From Octopus sinensis (taxonomy: Eukaryota): a stretch of 64,000 bases of DNA. The stretch lies in the NCBI RefSeq assembly GCF_006345805.1, contig NC_043024.1, positions 15,128,001 to 15,192,000 of the forward strand, in the 5' to 3' direction. Each line of letters starts with the position of its first letter. Position 1 is the first letter of the stretch. Of this stretch, positions 22,826-35,400 are shown one piece after another. The notes under the pieces were generated by a model. That model was not told the origin of the DNA and did not search any database. It was given only the letters and a program-made list of their open reading frames with translations. The translations under genes and the position numbers were made by a program.

Positions 22826-23378
22826 TGGTTCAGTCCCACTGCGTGGCACCTTGGGCAAGTGTCTTCTACTATAGCCTTGGGCCGACTAAAGCCTTGTGAG
22901 TGGATTTGGTAGACGGAAACTGAAAGAAGCCTGTTGTATATATGTATATCTATATACATATTGTATTTATGTATATCCTTTCAAAATGTGACCGTGTGTG
23001 TACCGTTGGTGATTTTTTTCCCACTATCTTTCCTTCTCTGGATCTTTCCTTCTCCTATGTTTCTGACGAAGAGCTCTGCTTGAAACGTTAAACCCTCCTT
23101 CTTTCCTTCTTTCTGAGCATCCAATAATACTATATTTGTTCCACGTCCTCGCGTTGTTGTGTTTTTTTGTGCTTTCTTGTTTGGATTAACTTTATATCTA
23201 TGTATATATGTATGTGTGTGTATATGTGTTTGTCCCCCAACATCGCTTGACAACCAATGCTGGTGTGTTTACATCCCCGTAACTTAGCAGTTCGGCAAAA
23301 CAGACTGATATAATAAGTACTAGGCTTACAAAGAATAAGTTCTGGGGTCGATTTACTCGACCAAAGGCGGTGGTCCAG
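22826..23378 (+). mobile_element. SINE-A with hammerhead cassette (22975-23191)
   Basis: Same cassette and same position as in 12821-13460. Confidence 0.85.
23059..23093 (+). ncRNA. Minimal type-I hammerhead ribozyme motif, family A
   Basis: gttt-CTGACGA-a-gagc(tct)gctt-GAA-ACGT-T-aaac. Confidence 0.6.
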
Positions 23379-23384
23379 TATAAA

Positions 23385-23740
23385 ACCAGACTCGTGGTCA
23401 TAGGATTGTGGTTTCGATTCCCAGACTGGGTGTTGTGAGTGTTTATTGAGCGCAAAACACCTAAAGCTCCACGAGGCTCCAGCACGGGGTGGTGGTGAAC
23501 CCTGCTGTACTCTTTCACCACAACTTTCTCTTACTTTTTCTTCCTGTTTCTGTTGTACCTGTATTTCAAAGGGCCAGCCTTGTCACACTCTGTGTCACGC
23601 TGAATCTCCCTGAAAACTACATTAACGGTTCACGTGTCTGTGGAATACTCAGCCACTTGCACATTAATTTCATAAGCAGGCTGTTCCATTGATCAGATCA
23701 ACTGGAACCCTCATTGTTGTAACCGATGGAGTTCCATGAA
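23385..23740 (+). mobile_element. SINE sharing the SINE-B 3' module with a different head and body
   Basis: GTATTTCAAAGGGCCAGCCTTGTCAC...CAACTGGAACCCTC matches 14030-14200. Confidence 0.65.
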
Positions 23741-24299
23741 GGTGTATATGCAGCTATATGTACAAACATGGCTGTGTGGTTAAGCACTTTCACTTCACAA
23801 CCATTTGGTTTTGAGTTCAGTCCTACTGTACAGCACTTTGGGCTAGTTTCTCCTATATTGCTTTCAGTTAACAAATGTCTTGTGAGTGAATTTTGTGAAT
23901 GGAAACAAATGCCTTGCTTCTTTCTTACTACATTATCATAGAGGTGAAATAATAGAGGTAAAGACTCCCTTCAGTCATGAATGACCAAGGGACTGCACTA
24001 GAAAGTTCCCCTCTGAGGCACAGGTCAGGGCAAGGTTGTTTATGGAAAACCAGCAGTTTGCCTATGCATATCAGCCTTCCCTCTTCATGCCATCGATGCT
24101 ATCCAAGGGAAAGGCAAAGGGGCTGATACAGCTTGGCACCTGTGATGTTGCAATTCATTTCTACAGCTGAGTAAACTGGAGCAACATGAAATAAAGTGTC
24201 TTGCTCAAGAACACAACACACAGCCTGGTCTGGGAATCGAACTCACTACCTCATGATTGTGAGCCTGAAACTCTAACCATATATATATATGTGTGTGTG

Positions 24300-24646
24300 T
24301 GTGTGTGTTTGTGTGTCTGTTTGTCCCCACAACATCACTTGACAACCGATGCTGGTGTGTTTACGTCCCCGTAACTTAGCAGTTCGGCAAAAGAGACTGA
24401 TAGAATAAGTACTAGGCTTACAAAGAATAAGTCCTGGGGTCGATTTGCTCGACTAAAGGCGGTGCTCCGGCATGGCCACAGTCAAATGACTGAAACAAGT
24501 AAAAGAGTAAACTTAGCGGTTCTCAAAAGGGACCGATAGAATAAGTACTAGGCTTACAAAGAATAAGTCCTGGGGTCGATTTGCTCGAATAAAGGCGGTG
24601 CTCCAGCATGGCCACAGTCAAATGACTGAAACAAGTAAAAGAGTAA
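24300..24646 (+). mobile_element. SINE-A 3' half with tandemly duplicated 3' end
   Basis: AACTTAGC...AAGAGTAA repeated directly at 24373 and 24510. Confidence 0.8.
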
Positions 24647-25263
24647 TGGAATCACTCAAAAAGCTGTCTTTGACCCATGGCTATTGTTGAATACATTTGC
24701 CATGAGTGGAGTTTGGTGTTTCACCGAGTTTGTGAATGAAAAATGTATTTCTTTGGCCGCATGTAGAAGTAACTAATGACACTCATGAACAATTAATAGA
24801 AGATTTTGTTACTGTACACAGAGTTTTCTGTGTTGGCCTTTTAATGAATACTAACAGCGACAATTACACACTGGCAGAGACATACAGCTAGGATCTACAA
24901 CAAACTATAAGCAATATGTGGCTGGCCCATCACAAATGAAAAATAATTGTACTATATTCATGGCAACAAAAGTTCCTGTCTTAAGCAGATGGATGTGGAG
25001 ATGGGAATGGCAACACCATGCAGCTGCCTCAACATTATGCAATTATTGCCAAAGTCTACCTTTATTTAGAGCAACTTGAGAAGGTTCTAGAAAACCAAAT
25101 CATGCGATGGCTTGCCACTGATTGATTGCTTAGTAGACTGATCATGTGAAACAACTGTGGTTTGATTGTGATGTCTACTTGCTTATGGGTGATTCGGTTT
25201 TGAATTACTGCTACACCTTTATCCAAGGCTACACACAAATTGAACTCAAAGCCATTTGATTAC

Positions 25264-25628
25264 AGGCGTAGGAGTGGCTGTGTGGTAAGTAGCCTGCTTA
25301 CCAACAACATGGTTCCGGGTTCAGTCCCACTGCGTTGCACCTTGGGCAAGTGTCTTCTACTATAGTCTCGGGCCGACCAAAGCTCTGTGAGTGGATTTGG
25401 TCAAAAGAAACTGAAAGAAGCCCGTCGTATATATGTATATATATATGTATGTGTGTGTATATGTTTCTTTGTCTGTGTTTGTCCACCCAACATCACTTGA
25501 CAACTGATGCTGGTGTGTTTATGTCCCCGTAACTTAGCAGTTCGGCGAAAGAGACTGATAGAATAAGTACTGGGCTTACAAAGAATAAGTACTGTGGTCG
25601 ATTTCCTCGACTAAAGGGGGTGCTCACG
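25264..25628 (+). mobile_element. SINE-A
   Basis: Homology to SINE-A. Confidence 0.85.
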
Positions 25629-25889
25629 CATAAAGCCATACTTTGCTCGAATCTATAAGATATTCATGCCATCCTTTCATTTACCTCTGCATTGGTGTGG
25701 AAAATAGCCATAAAACAGTGATGTATCATTATATCGATTAATTTCTTAATAAGATTTTAATGAATCAAGACAGAGCAGCTGTCTTTTTTTTTTAGGTTAA
25801 ATGTATGATTCTCCTTATACCATGTGAAATAGCAAACTGAAATCTCTCTCGAATCAGAACCTACCATCTTAGGACAGTAGAAGACATTA

Positions 25890-26111
25890 CGTATATAGGT
25901 GTATATATGTGTGTGTGTATGTGTGTGTGTATTTATGTGCATGTGTGTATGCATGTTTATGTGTGTATATATATATGTGTGTATATATATATGTGTGTAT
26001 ATATATATGTGTGTATATATATATGTGTATATATATATATGTATATATGTATATATATATATGTATGTATATATATATGTATATATATATGTATATATAT
26101 ATATGTATATG

Positions 26112-26159
<48 letters not shown>

Positions 26160-26169
26160 TATATATGTG

Positions 26170-26210
<41 letters not shown>

Positions 26211-26420
26211 GTATATATATATATATACATTTATTTATCTGTGTATATATATATATATACACACATACATACATACATACATACATACATACATACATAC
26301 ATACATACATACATACAGATAAATGTGTATATGTATGCATATATATGTGTGTGTGTGTCTGTGTAGATATATTTGCGTGTACACACAGACACACAACACA
26401 TACACACACACACACACGCA
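25890..26420. repeat. Alternating purine-pyrimidine compound microsatellite (TA/TG/CA)
   Basis: Direct inspection. Confidence 0.9.
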
Positions 26421-26943
26421 CACATGATTCTCAAAGAGTCAAAGTAGTATGACTACTGTGATGCCCATTGAAGCAGAAACACATGTCCTCTTGCCTACAG
26501 GAAAGACAAGCAATGCAACCAAATGAATAAATAAAGCAGACTGTCTTTTCCTTAATGCTATGATAATTCTGGAGAGTTCTCGAGTCTTGAGATTATCTCT
26601 TGTTCTCATCCAGTGGAGGTTGTAATGGCCTTGGGGCTTCTCATCTACCTTCTCTTCAAGTGAAGAAAATTTCTCTAAATCAAGAATTTATCTTGTACAG
26701 TATTTAATATATCAGATCCAAATTCCTGCCTTTCGTCTCTATGAGTTTCTTCCCTTCACTCAGTTTTGTTTAAACATATCTATGTGGTAAGAAGCTTGCT
26801 TCCCAACCACATGGTTCCGGTTCAGTCCCACTGTGTGGTACTTTGAGTAAGTGTCTTCTGCTATAGCCTCAGACTGACCAAAGCCTAGTGAGTGGGTTTG
26901 GTGGATGGAAACTGAAAGAATCCCTTCAAATATATATATACAC

Positions 26944-27342
26944 TTTACTCTTTTACTCTTTTACTTGTTTCAGTCATTTGACAGCAGCCATGCTGGAGCA
27001 CCGCCTATTTAGTCGAGTAAATTGACCCCAGGACTTATTCTTTGTAAGCCCAGTACTTATTCTATCAGTCTCTTTTGCTGAACCGCTAAGTTACGGGGAT
27101 GTAAACACACCACCATCGGTTGTCAAGCAATGGTTGGGGGGATAAACACAGACACAGAAACATATACACACATACATATACATATATATATACGACGGGC
27201 TTCTTCCAGTTTCTGTCTACCAAATCCACTCACAAGGCTTTGGTCGGCCCGAGGCTATAGTAGAAGACACTTGCCCAAGGTACCACGCAGTGTGAATGAA
27301 CCTGTGGTTGGTAAGCAAGCTACTTACCACACAACCACTCAT
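26944..27342 (-). mobile_element. SINE-A
   Basis: Homology to SINE-A. Confidence 0.85.
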
Positions 27343-27381
27343 ATATGTATATATATATATATATATATGTATGTACATTTG

Positions 27382-27424
<43 letters not shown>

Positions 27425-27804
27425 GTAGGGGACCCCCAAAAGGGGTCACAGAGAGTAGCGTCCCTGTCTTCCTGAGCTAGTTTTCCACGACATTTCTTAA
27501 AAATTGTGGTAGAGGCCATGGTCTCGGGATCACTCATGTCTAGAAACTGAGGTTGGGGGGTAAGCAAAAGCATGCTCACCATACAAAATCCAGCTCCAAA
27601 AATGCCTCATGATAGCAAAGGGGAATGGCACCAGCCAGCCCAAAGGTTGTGGTGAGCTGCACCTGCCTACCTCGGTTGCTATGGCTTTGAGGTAGATATA
27701 TATACCGGAGTAAGCACATAAATGTGAAACAAGGTGGAAAAAAGAGTACTCAAATACTAGAGGTAGAGTAATATGCTTTATTTAAAAGCAGCAGAAATAT
27801 CACA

Positions 27805-27850
27805 AAAACTGTTACTCAGAGTTTCACGTTCACGATCGTCGAATAGTTTT
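27805..27850 (-). ncRNA. Type-I hammerhead-like motif, family C (degenerate)
   Basis: aaaactat-TCGACGA-tcg(tgaa)cgt-GAA-ACTC-T-GAGT-A-acagtttt. Confidence 0.45.
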
Positions 27851-27880
27851 GTTTAACAAAACTGTCCGATGAACGTCAAT

Positions 27881-27930
<50 letters not shown>

Positions 27931-28084
27931 ACTAATGTAGGATAAAATTTTCTTCAAAAAAAAATTTATCAATGGCCAGCATATCAAAAAATACCTTTAA
28001 AGGTTAAATTTATAAATAACTTATAAAATAAGGGCAAAAGAAAAATTGGCATTAGAATTTTTCTTTTGCCCTTATTTTAGAAGT

Positions 28085-28118
<34 letters not shown>

Positions 28119-28225
28119 ATATAGATATGCATAAATATATATATATATATACATACATATATATATACATATATATATACATACATATATTTATACATAC
28201 ATATATATATGTGTGTGTATGTATT

Positions 28226-28257
<32 letters not shown>

Positions 28258-28334
28258 GGTATGTATGTATATATATATATGTGTGCGTGTGTATATATAT
28301 GTATGTATGTATATATATATATATATATATACAT

Positions 28335-28369
<35 letters not shown>

Positions 28370-28989
28370 CATACATACATATATATATACATACATTTAT
28401 AAATATATATATATATGTGTGTGTGTGTGTCTTTGTGTCTGTGTTTGTCCCCCCACCCATCACTGCTTGACAACCAGTGCTGGTGTGTTTATGTCCCTAA
28501 TAACTAGGTGGTACAGCAAGAGCAATTGATGGAATAAGTGCTAGGCTTAAGAAATAAGTCCTGGGGTCGATTTGTTTGACTAAAAAAAAACCCTTGCAAG
28601 GTGGTGCTCCAGCATGGCTGCAGTCAAATTACTGAAACAAGTAAAAGAATAAAAGAACAAAAGAATTGGATAAAGGATAACAACGCTTTTGGTGCCATAT
28701 AAATTCTTCGGACCTGTTTTCTGGTTCCTGTGGCACATACATCTCCCCCTCTCCATGCCCTCCCCACTACTGGACGGGAAGCCAGTCCGTTACATGATTA
28801 CTCATTTTTGCTAGCTGAATGACCTGGAGAAACATGAAATGAAGTGGTTTTGCTCAAGAATACAGTGCGTTGCCTGGTCTAGGATTTGAAACCAGAATCT
28901 CATAATCACGAGTCCAACACGCTTACCATTAAGCCACACCCTTTCTATAACCCTTTAACATTCACATTATTCTGTCAAAGGTAATACTT

Positions 28990-29391
28990 ATTTACTCTTT
29001 TACATGTTTCAGTCATTTGACTGCGGCCATGCTGGGGCACCGCCTTTAGTCGAGCAAATCGACCCCGGGACTTATTCTTTGTAAGCCCAGTACTTATTCT
29101 ATCGGTCTCTTTTGCCGAACCGCTAAGTGACGGGGACATAAACACACCAGCATCGGTTGTCAAGCAATGCTAGGGGGACAAACACAGACACACAAACGCA
29201 CACACATACACACATACATATATATATATATACATATATACGACAGGCTTCTTTCAGTTTCCGTCTACCAAATCCACTCACAAGGCATTGGTCGGCCCGG
29301 GGCTATAGCCCAAGTTGCCACGCAGTCGGACTGAACCTGGAACCATGTGGTTGGTTAGCAAGCTACTTACCACACAGCCACTCCTGCGCCT
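28990..29391 (-). mobile_element. SINE-A
   Basis: Homology to SINE-A. Confidence 0.88.
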
Positions 29392-29773
29392 AAATTGACA
29401 TTGTTTTTAATTAATCATCGTCATCATCATCATCATCATCATCATCACTTAACGTCCATTGTCCAAGTTGGCATGTGTTGGGCAGTTTGTCCAGGGTTGG
29501 TAAGTTGGAAGGCTGCACCAGACCCCAGTCTGTTTTGGCATGGTTTTCTAAGGCTGGATGTCCTTCCTAACACCAGCCACTCCGAGAGTGTAATGGGTGC
29601 TTCAATATTTTGTGGTTTTGAGATTTTGATGAGGGAAATGTTAATTTTTAGGGTTTGTGTGAGAGGCCTGATCTGGTCAGTTTGAACAAAAAACAAGTAG
29701 AATATTTTGGCTGGATATGGTCAGTTTAAATGCTAAAGGGTTAAACATATACACTTCTAAAAATGTTTGATGT

Positions 29774-30004
29774 TACTACCACTTTAACCCCGGGCAGATC
29801 TTCTACCAGCTGGTTATAGGTGCAGCCTGCATCCTGTATATATTGCAAGCAAGGGAGCAAAATAGCCTGAAACCGAGTCAGTCTTGTGATCCTGTCATCT
29901 GCTGGAGGATGGTAAGAGTTCGCTCCCCTGCTTGCAATATATATAGGGTGCAAGCTGCACAGGTAACCAGCTGGTGGAAAATCTGCCTGGTGTTAAAATA
30001 GTAA
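29774..30004. mobile_element. Fold-back MITE with ~80-bp imperfect TIRs
   Basis: CCAGCTGGTTA...TATATTGCAAGCAAGGGAGC versus GCTCCCCTGCTTGCAATATA...TAACCAGCTGG; one arm also at about 12485-12570. Confidence 0.65.
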
Positions 30005-30151
30005 TATTGAACAGCCATATTGGTGAGGTGATTAACTTTACTTGTCAGTATAGTTACCATTCTTGTCTCTTATTGAGATTGTCTGACTACTTTGCTTATA
30101 ATAAAAATAGTTTAACTGAAGAATTATTCAAAACTTTTTGTAAAAGTCATA

Positions 30152-30372
30152 TATGAGGGGCTGCTGAAAAGTTCCTGGTTTTAAGGGTATCGTGAAAGGC
30201 CTGGCTGGAAGCCCAACCTTCTGAGTTCTTTTACAGGGTTTAGAAAAACTGAATGACCTCTGCAATAAGTGTGTGAATCTGAGAGGGGAATATGTTGAAT
30301 AAAATCATAATTAACTGATCCTCCTGTATTTTCTTTTACCCAAAGCCTGGAACTTTTCAACACCCCCTCATA
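30152..30372 (+). mobile_element. Mariner-derived MITE
   Basis: TA-TGAGGGGCTGCTGAAAAGTTCC / GGAACTTTTCAACACCCCCTCA-TA; internal remnant KCVNLRGEYVE*. Confidence 0.82.
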
Positions 30373-30444
30373 CATGTTATACTTTTACAAGAAGAGGGTG
30401 ACTAGTTTAGGCCATCAAGTATTTATGTGTGTGTGTGTATGTAT

Positions 30445-30670
30445 TTATTATTTCTTTACTGCCCACAAGGGGCTACACACAGAGGGGACAAACAAGGACA
30501 GACAAACGGATTAAGTCAATTATATTGACCCAGTGCGTAACTGGTACTCATTTAATCAACCCCGAAAGGATGAAAGGCAAAGTCGACCTTGGCGGAGTTT
30601 GAACTCAGAACATAGCAGCAGACGAAATAACACTAACCATTTTTCCCACCATGCTAATGTTTCTGCCGCC
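30445..30670 (-). mobile_element. SINE-C
   Basis: Homology to 5220-5452. Confidence 0.8.
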
Positions 30671-30779
30671 TCATTGGTTGTGATGAAAGAAAATTTAGCC
30701 TGAAAACCCTGTTATATCTTATTTGGAGACAGGTAAGGATTGTGACTAAAAGGACATCTGATGAGAAAAATCCAAATCT

Positions 30780-31445
30780 GACCAGTGCAATCATGAAAAA
30801 CTGATAATGATGAGGTTGCAAAACTTCGAAAACCTTTCAAAGTGTTTACATACGTTTTGAATACATTTTCCAAATACCGTTCAGCTTTCACTTGTGGCCC
30901 CTTCCATGATTTAACTACATTTCTAATTGCATTCAAACTATTGTACCATTTCCAAAAAACCAGAGCGGATGCCAACGTCTGCTGCATCAATCAATTTGGT
31001 AAAAATTATTTGCTGATAAAATACTTTGAATATGAATGGCATTCCATCTAACTCATACGAGCATTGAAAAATAGATGTTAAAAACGATGGTGATGATGAC
31101 ATTTAGAAATGTATATAATCCTTTGATCCAAAAGCTGTATCAGTGATGTTGTGGTTAAAGGTAACTACGTTACTTCAGTTTTAGAATTCCAATCAATGAG
31201 ACATCATGGATGGCTTGGAGCTTTACATAAAATGTGCAAAAATTTTGAATGCAATCTTCTCCTTATTAGAATATTCCTTTACCTGGAAACCAAAGCTATT
31301 CAGGAACCAATCTTCAAAGACTTGTTTAGTGATCCATGCTTTTTTCATTGTAGAAGCAACATATTTTTGTTAATGTTCTTGAAATTACATGAGTTTTGAA
31401 AGTGAGAAGCAGGAAGTGGCTTCAGTTTAAGACGGCCATATTGTT
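30780..31445 (-). pseudogene. Tigger/pogo DDE transposase relic (also copied at about 33165-33685 and 37100-37625)
   Basis: Frameshifted translation KLKPL...FKNINKNML...KAWITKQVFEDWFLNSF...TTSLIQLLDQRII...FWKWYNSLNAIRNVVKSW. Confidence 0.7.
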
Positions 31446-31782
31446 TCCAAAAAGGCACAGGCATTGCTCTGTGGTTAAGCAGCTTGCTTACTAACTATGG
31501 GGTCTTGGGTTCAGGCCCAATGTGCAGCACCTTGGTCAAGTAAGTGTGTTCTACTGTTGCCTCGGGCTGATCAATGCCCTGTGAGTGGATTTGGTAGATG
31601 GAGACTGAAAGAAGATCAGAGTGTGTAGGAGTGGCTGTGTGGTAATAAGTTTGCTTTCCAAACACATGGTTCTGGGTTCAGTCCCACTGCATGACATTTT
31701 GGGTAAGTATCTTCTACTATAGCCTTGGGCTGACCAGAGCATTGTGAGTGGATTTGCATGACAGGAATTAAAAGAAGCCTGT

Positions 31783-31818
<36 letters not shown>

Positions 31819-32434
31819 TCCCCCACCACTATTTGACAACTGATGTTAGTGCATTTACTTCCCAAAGACTTAGCAGTTCACCAAAAGAGACTGACAGAAT
31901 AAGTGTAAGGCATAAAATTATAAAGCAATGGGATAGAATAATTTGACTAAAATTCTTCAAAGCAGTGACACCCCCCCCCCATCATGGCCTCAGTCTAATG
32001 ACTGAAACAAGTAAACAATAACTGATAAAAGAAATATATATATATATATATACACACATATAAATTAAAATAGAGGTTTAAAAAATCCCTTAACTGATAG
32101 ATAACATGCAATGAATTACTGGTTTGTTACCTATTATTTTGTTGTAAATAGTAATATTCCTAAAATAATAGGTTAAGCAATAAATCTTGGTTTATAAATA
32201 TTCAAATTAAAATCCAGGAAATGGAGAAGAAGCATTAATATAATTTAACTGCAAAAATTCAACATGTTCACTTACAGCTGTTTCGATTTTCTCCTAAAGA
32301 ATTAAATTCCAGTAATTTTATTGGGAAAAATCTCATTAGAGGAGTAAAAAAGACATATTGTTAGGCTATTACATGTTATTCTTCCAAAACAGCTCAGCAA
32401 ACTCTGGATTTTAATTTGTATGTATGTATGTATG

Positions 32435-32468
<34 letters not shown>

Positions 32469-35400
32469 TGTATGTATGTATGTATGTATGTATGTATATA
32501 TATATATATATATATATATACATAAATATATATATGGTTGCTTTTATATGGCACTATGATCAATATATATATATATATATATGTATGTATATATATTGAT
32601 GATAGTGCCATATAAAAGCACCCGGTGCACTCTGTAGAGTGGTTGGCATTAGGAAGGGCATCCAGCCAGAGAAACCCAGCCAAAACCGACTATGGAACCT
32701 GGTTTGGCGCCTGGCTTTGCCAGTTCTTATCAAGCTATCTAACCCATGCTAGCTTGCAAAATAGATGTTAAATATTGATGATGATGATGGTGGTGGTGGT
32801 GATGGTAATGGTGATGGTGATGATATATGTACACGTGCACTTATATGTGTTGGGTATCCTTGTGTAGATATCATGTGGTGGCTGTAAATGAACATCACTC
32901 TTATAGACGAGGGGTTGTGTCTTTCTAGTCTCCCATGAAAAACATAGCTGGTCACCGGAGAATATTACCTTGCTTGGAAACAGTTGAGGGTTGATAACAA
33001 GAAGGGAAATGGTCCCTAGAAAATCTGCCCCCAAAAAAGTTCCATCTGATCCCTGACCAAGAATGGAAGAATGGTTGTTATAACCATGTTGATGATGATA
33101 CAATACTAAGGACACCTTTCAAAGTGTTTACTTATATTTTCAGTTCCTTTTTACCCACTTACCATTCAGCTTTCACTTGTGATCCCTTCCATGATTTAAC
33201 TACATTCCTAATTGCATTCAAACTATTGTACCATTTCCAAAAAACCAGAGCTGATAAAATGCTTTGAATATGAATGGCATTTCATCTAACTCATACGACC
33301 ATTGAAAAATAGATGTTAAAAACGATGGTGATGATGACATTTAGAGAATGTATATAATCCTTTGATCCAAAAGCTGTATCAGTGCCGTTGTGGTTAAAGG
33401 TAACTACGTTACTTCAGTTTTAGAATTCCAATCACTGAGATATCATGGATAGCTTGGAGCTTTACATAAAATGTGCAAAAATTTTGAATGCAATCTTCTC
33501 CTTATTAGAATATTCCTTTACCTGGAAACCAAAGCTATTCAGGAACCAATCTTCAAAGACTTGTTTAGTGATCCATGCCTTTTCATTGTAGAAGCAGCAT
33601 ATTTTTGTTAATGTTCTTGAAATTACATGAGTTTTGAAAGTGAGAAACAGGAAGTGGCTTCAGTTTAAGCCCGGCCATATTGTTTCCAAAAAGGCACAGG
33701 CATTGCTCTGTGGTTAGGCAGCTTGTTTCATAACTATGTGGTCTTGGGTTCAGGCCCAGTGTGCAGCACCTTGGTCAAGTAAGTGTGTTCTACTATTACC
33801 TCAAGCTGACCAAAGTCCTGTGAGTGGATTTGGTAGATGGAAACTGAAAGAAGATCAGAGTGTGTAGGAGTGGCTAGTTGCAGGAGTGGCTGTGTGGTAA
33901 TAAGTTTGCTTCCCAACCACATGGTTCCCGGTTCAGTCCTACTGCATGGCACCTTGGGCAAGTTTCTTCTACTATAGCTTTGAGCTGACCAAAGCATTGT
34001 GAGTGGATTTGGTAGACAGAAACTGTAAGAAGCCTCTCGTATGTGTGTGTGTTTGTATGTTTGTCCCCCACTGCTATTTGACAACTAGTGTTGGTGTGTT
34101 TACGTCTCCAAAACGTAGCAGTTCACCAAAAGAGATTGACAGAATAAGTGTAAGGCATAAAATTATAAAAGTTCTGCAGCTGAATTACTTGACTAAAATT
34201 CTTTGAAGCAAAGCTCCAGCTTGGTCACAGTTGAATGGCTGAAACAAGTAAAAGATAACTGATAAAAGAAATATATATATATATATATACATCATCATCA
34301 TCGTTTAACGTCCGTTCTCCATGCTAGCATGGGTTGGACGGTTCGACCGGGGTTCTGGGAGCCAGAAGGCTGCACCAGGCTCCAGTCTAATCTGGCAATG
34401 TTTCTACAGCTGGATGCCCTTCCTAACGCCAACCACTCCGTGAGTGTAGTGGGTGCATTTTACGTGCCACCTGCACAGGTGCCAGGCGAGGCTGGCAACG
34501 GCCATGGTCAGATTGGTGTATTTTATGTGCCACCGGCACGGAAGCCAGTCGAGGCGGTGCTGGCATCGGCCACGAGTCGGATAGTGCTTTTTACGTACCA
34601 CCAGACCAGGGATCCTGGCTGGTTCAATTCGATTTCGATTTCGCTTGCCCCAACATGTCTTCACAAGCAAAGGGGGTTGGCGGTGTTGGCATGGGGCCTG
34701 TCGTACGGTCGCATTGGAGTATTTTACGTGCCACGGCCACGAGTCGGATAGTGCTTTTTACGTACCACCAGACCAGGGATCCTGGCTGGTTCAATTCGAT
34801 TTCGATTTCGCTTGCCTCACATGTCTTCACAAGCAAAGGGGGTTGGCATGGGTGCCTGTCGTACGGTCGCATTGGAGTATTTTACGTGCCATGGCCACGA
34901 GTCGGATAGTGCTTTTTACGTACCACCAGGCCAGGGATCCTGGCTGGTTCAATTCGGTTTCGATTTCGCTTGCCCCAACATGTCTTCGCAAGCATGGGGG
35001 GTTGGCATGGGTGTCTGTCGTCGGATGAGGTTCTATATCGACTTCGCTTGCCTCAACAGGTCTTTGTGTCCAAGGGAGGAAAGGCATTCATAAGTGGGCT
35101 GGGCTCACTTGTCCTGCCTGGTCTTCTCACGTACAGAATATTTCCAAAAGTCTCGGTCGCTGGTCATTTCCTCAGTGTGAGGCCTAAAGTTCGAAGGTCG
35201 TGCTTCACCACCTCGTCCCAGGTTTTCCTGGGTCTACTCTTCCACGGGTTCCCTCAACTGCTAGGGATTGGCACTTTCTCACACACCTATCTTCATCCAT
35301 TCTCGCCACATGACCATACCAGCGCAATCGTCTCTCTTGCACACCACAACTGATGCTTCTTAGGTACAACATTTCTCTCAAGGTGCTAACGCTCTGTCGA

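Noticed and set aside
24660-25260. Possible decayed transposase (Merlin/IS1595-like WLA..LL...CG segment)
   Set aside because: Multiple stops and only vague motif similarity; needs an HMM search
25757-26452. Many overlapping YI/CV/HT-rich ORFs, here and across the window
   Set aside because: Dinucleotide microsatellite translations
27420-27700. GC-richer segment resembling a LINE 5' UTR, possibly with an HDV-like ribozyme
   Set aside because: I could not build the nested double pseudoknot by eye and there is no adjoining ORF; needs a descriptor search
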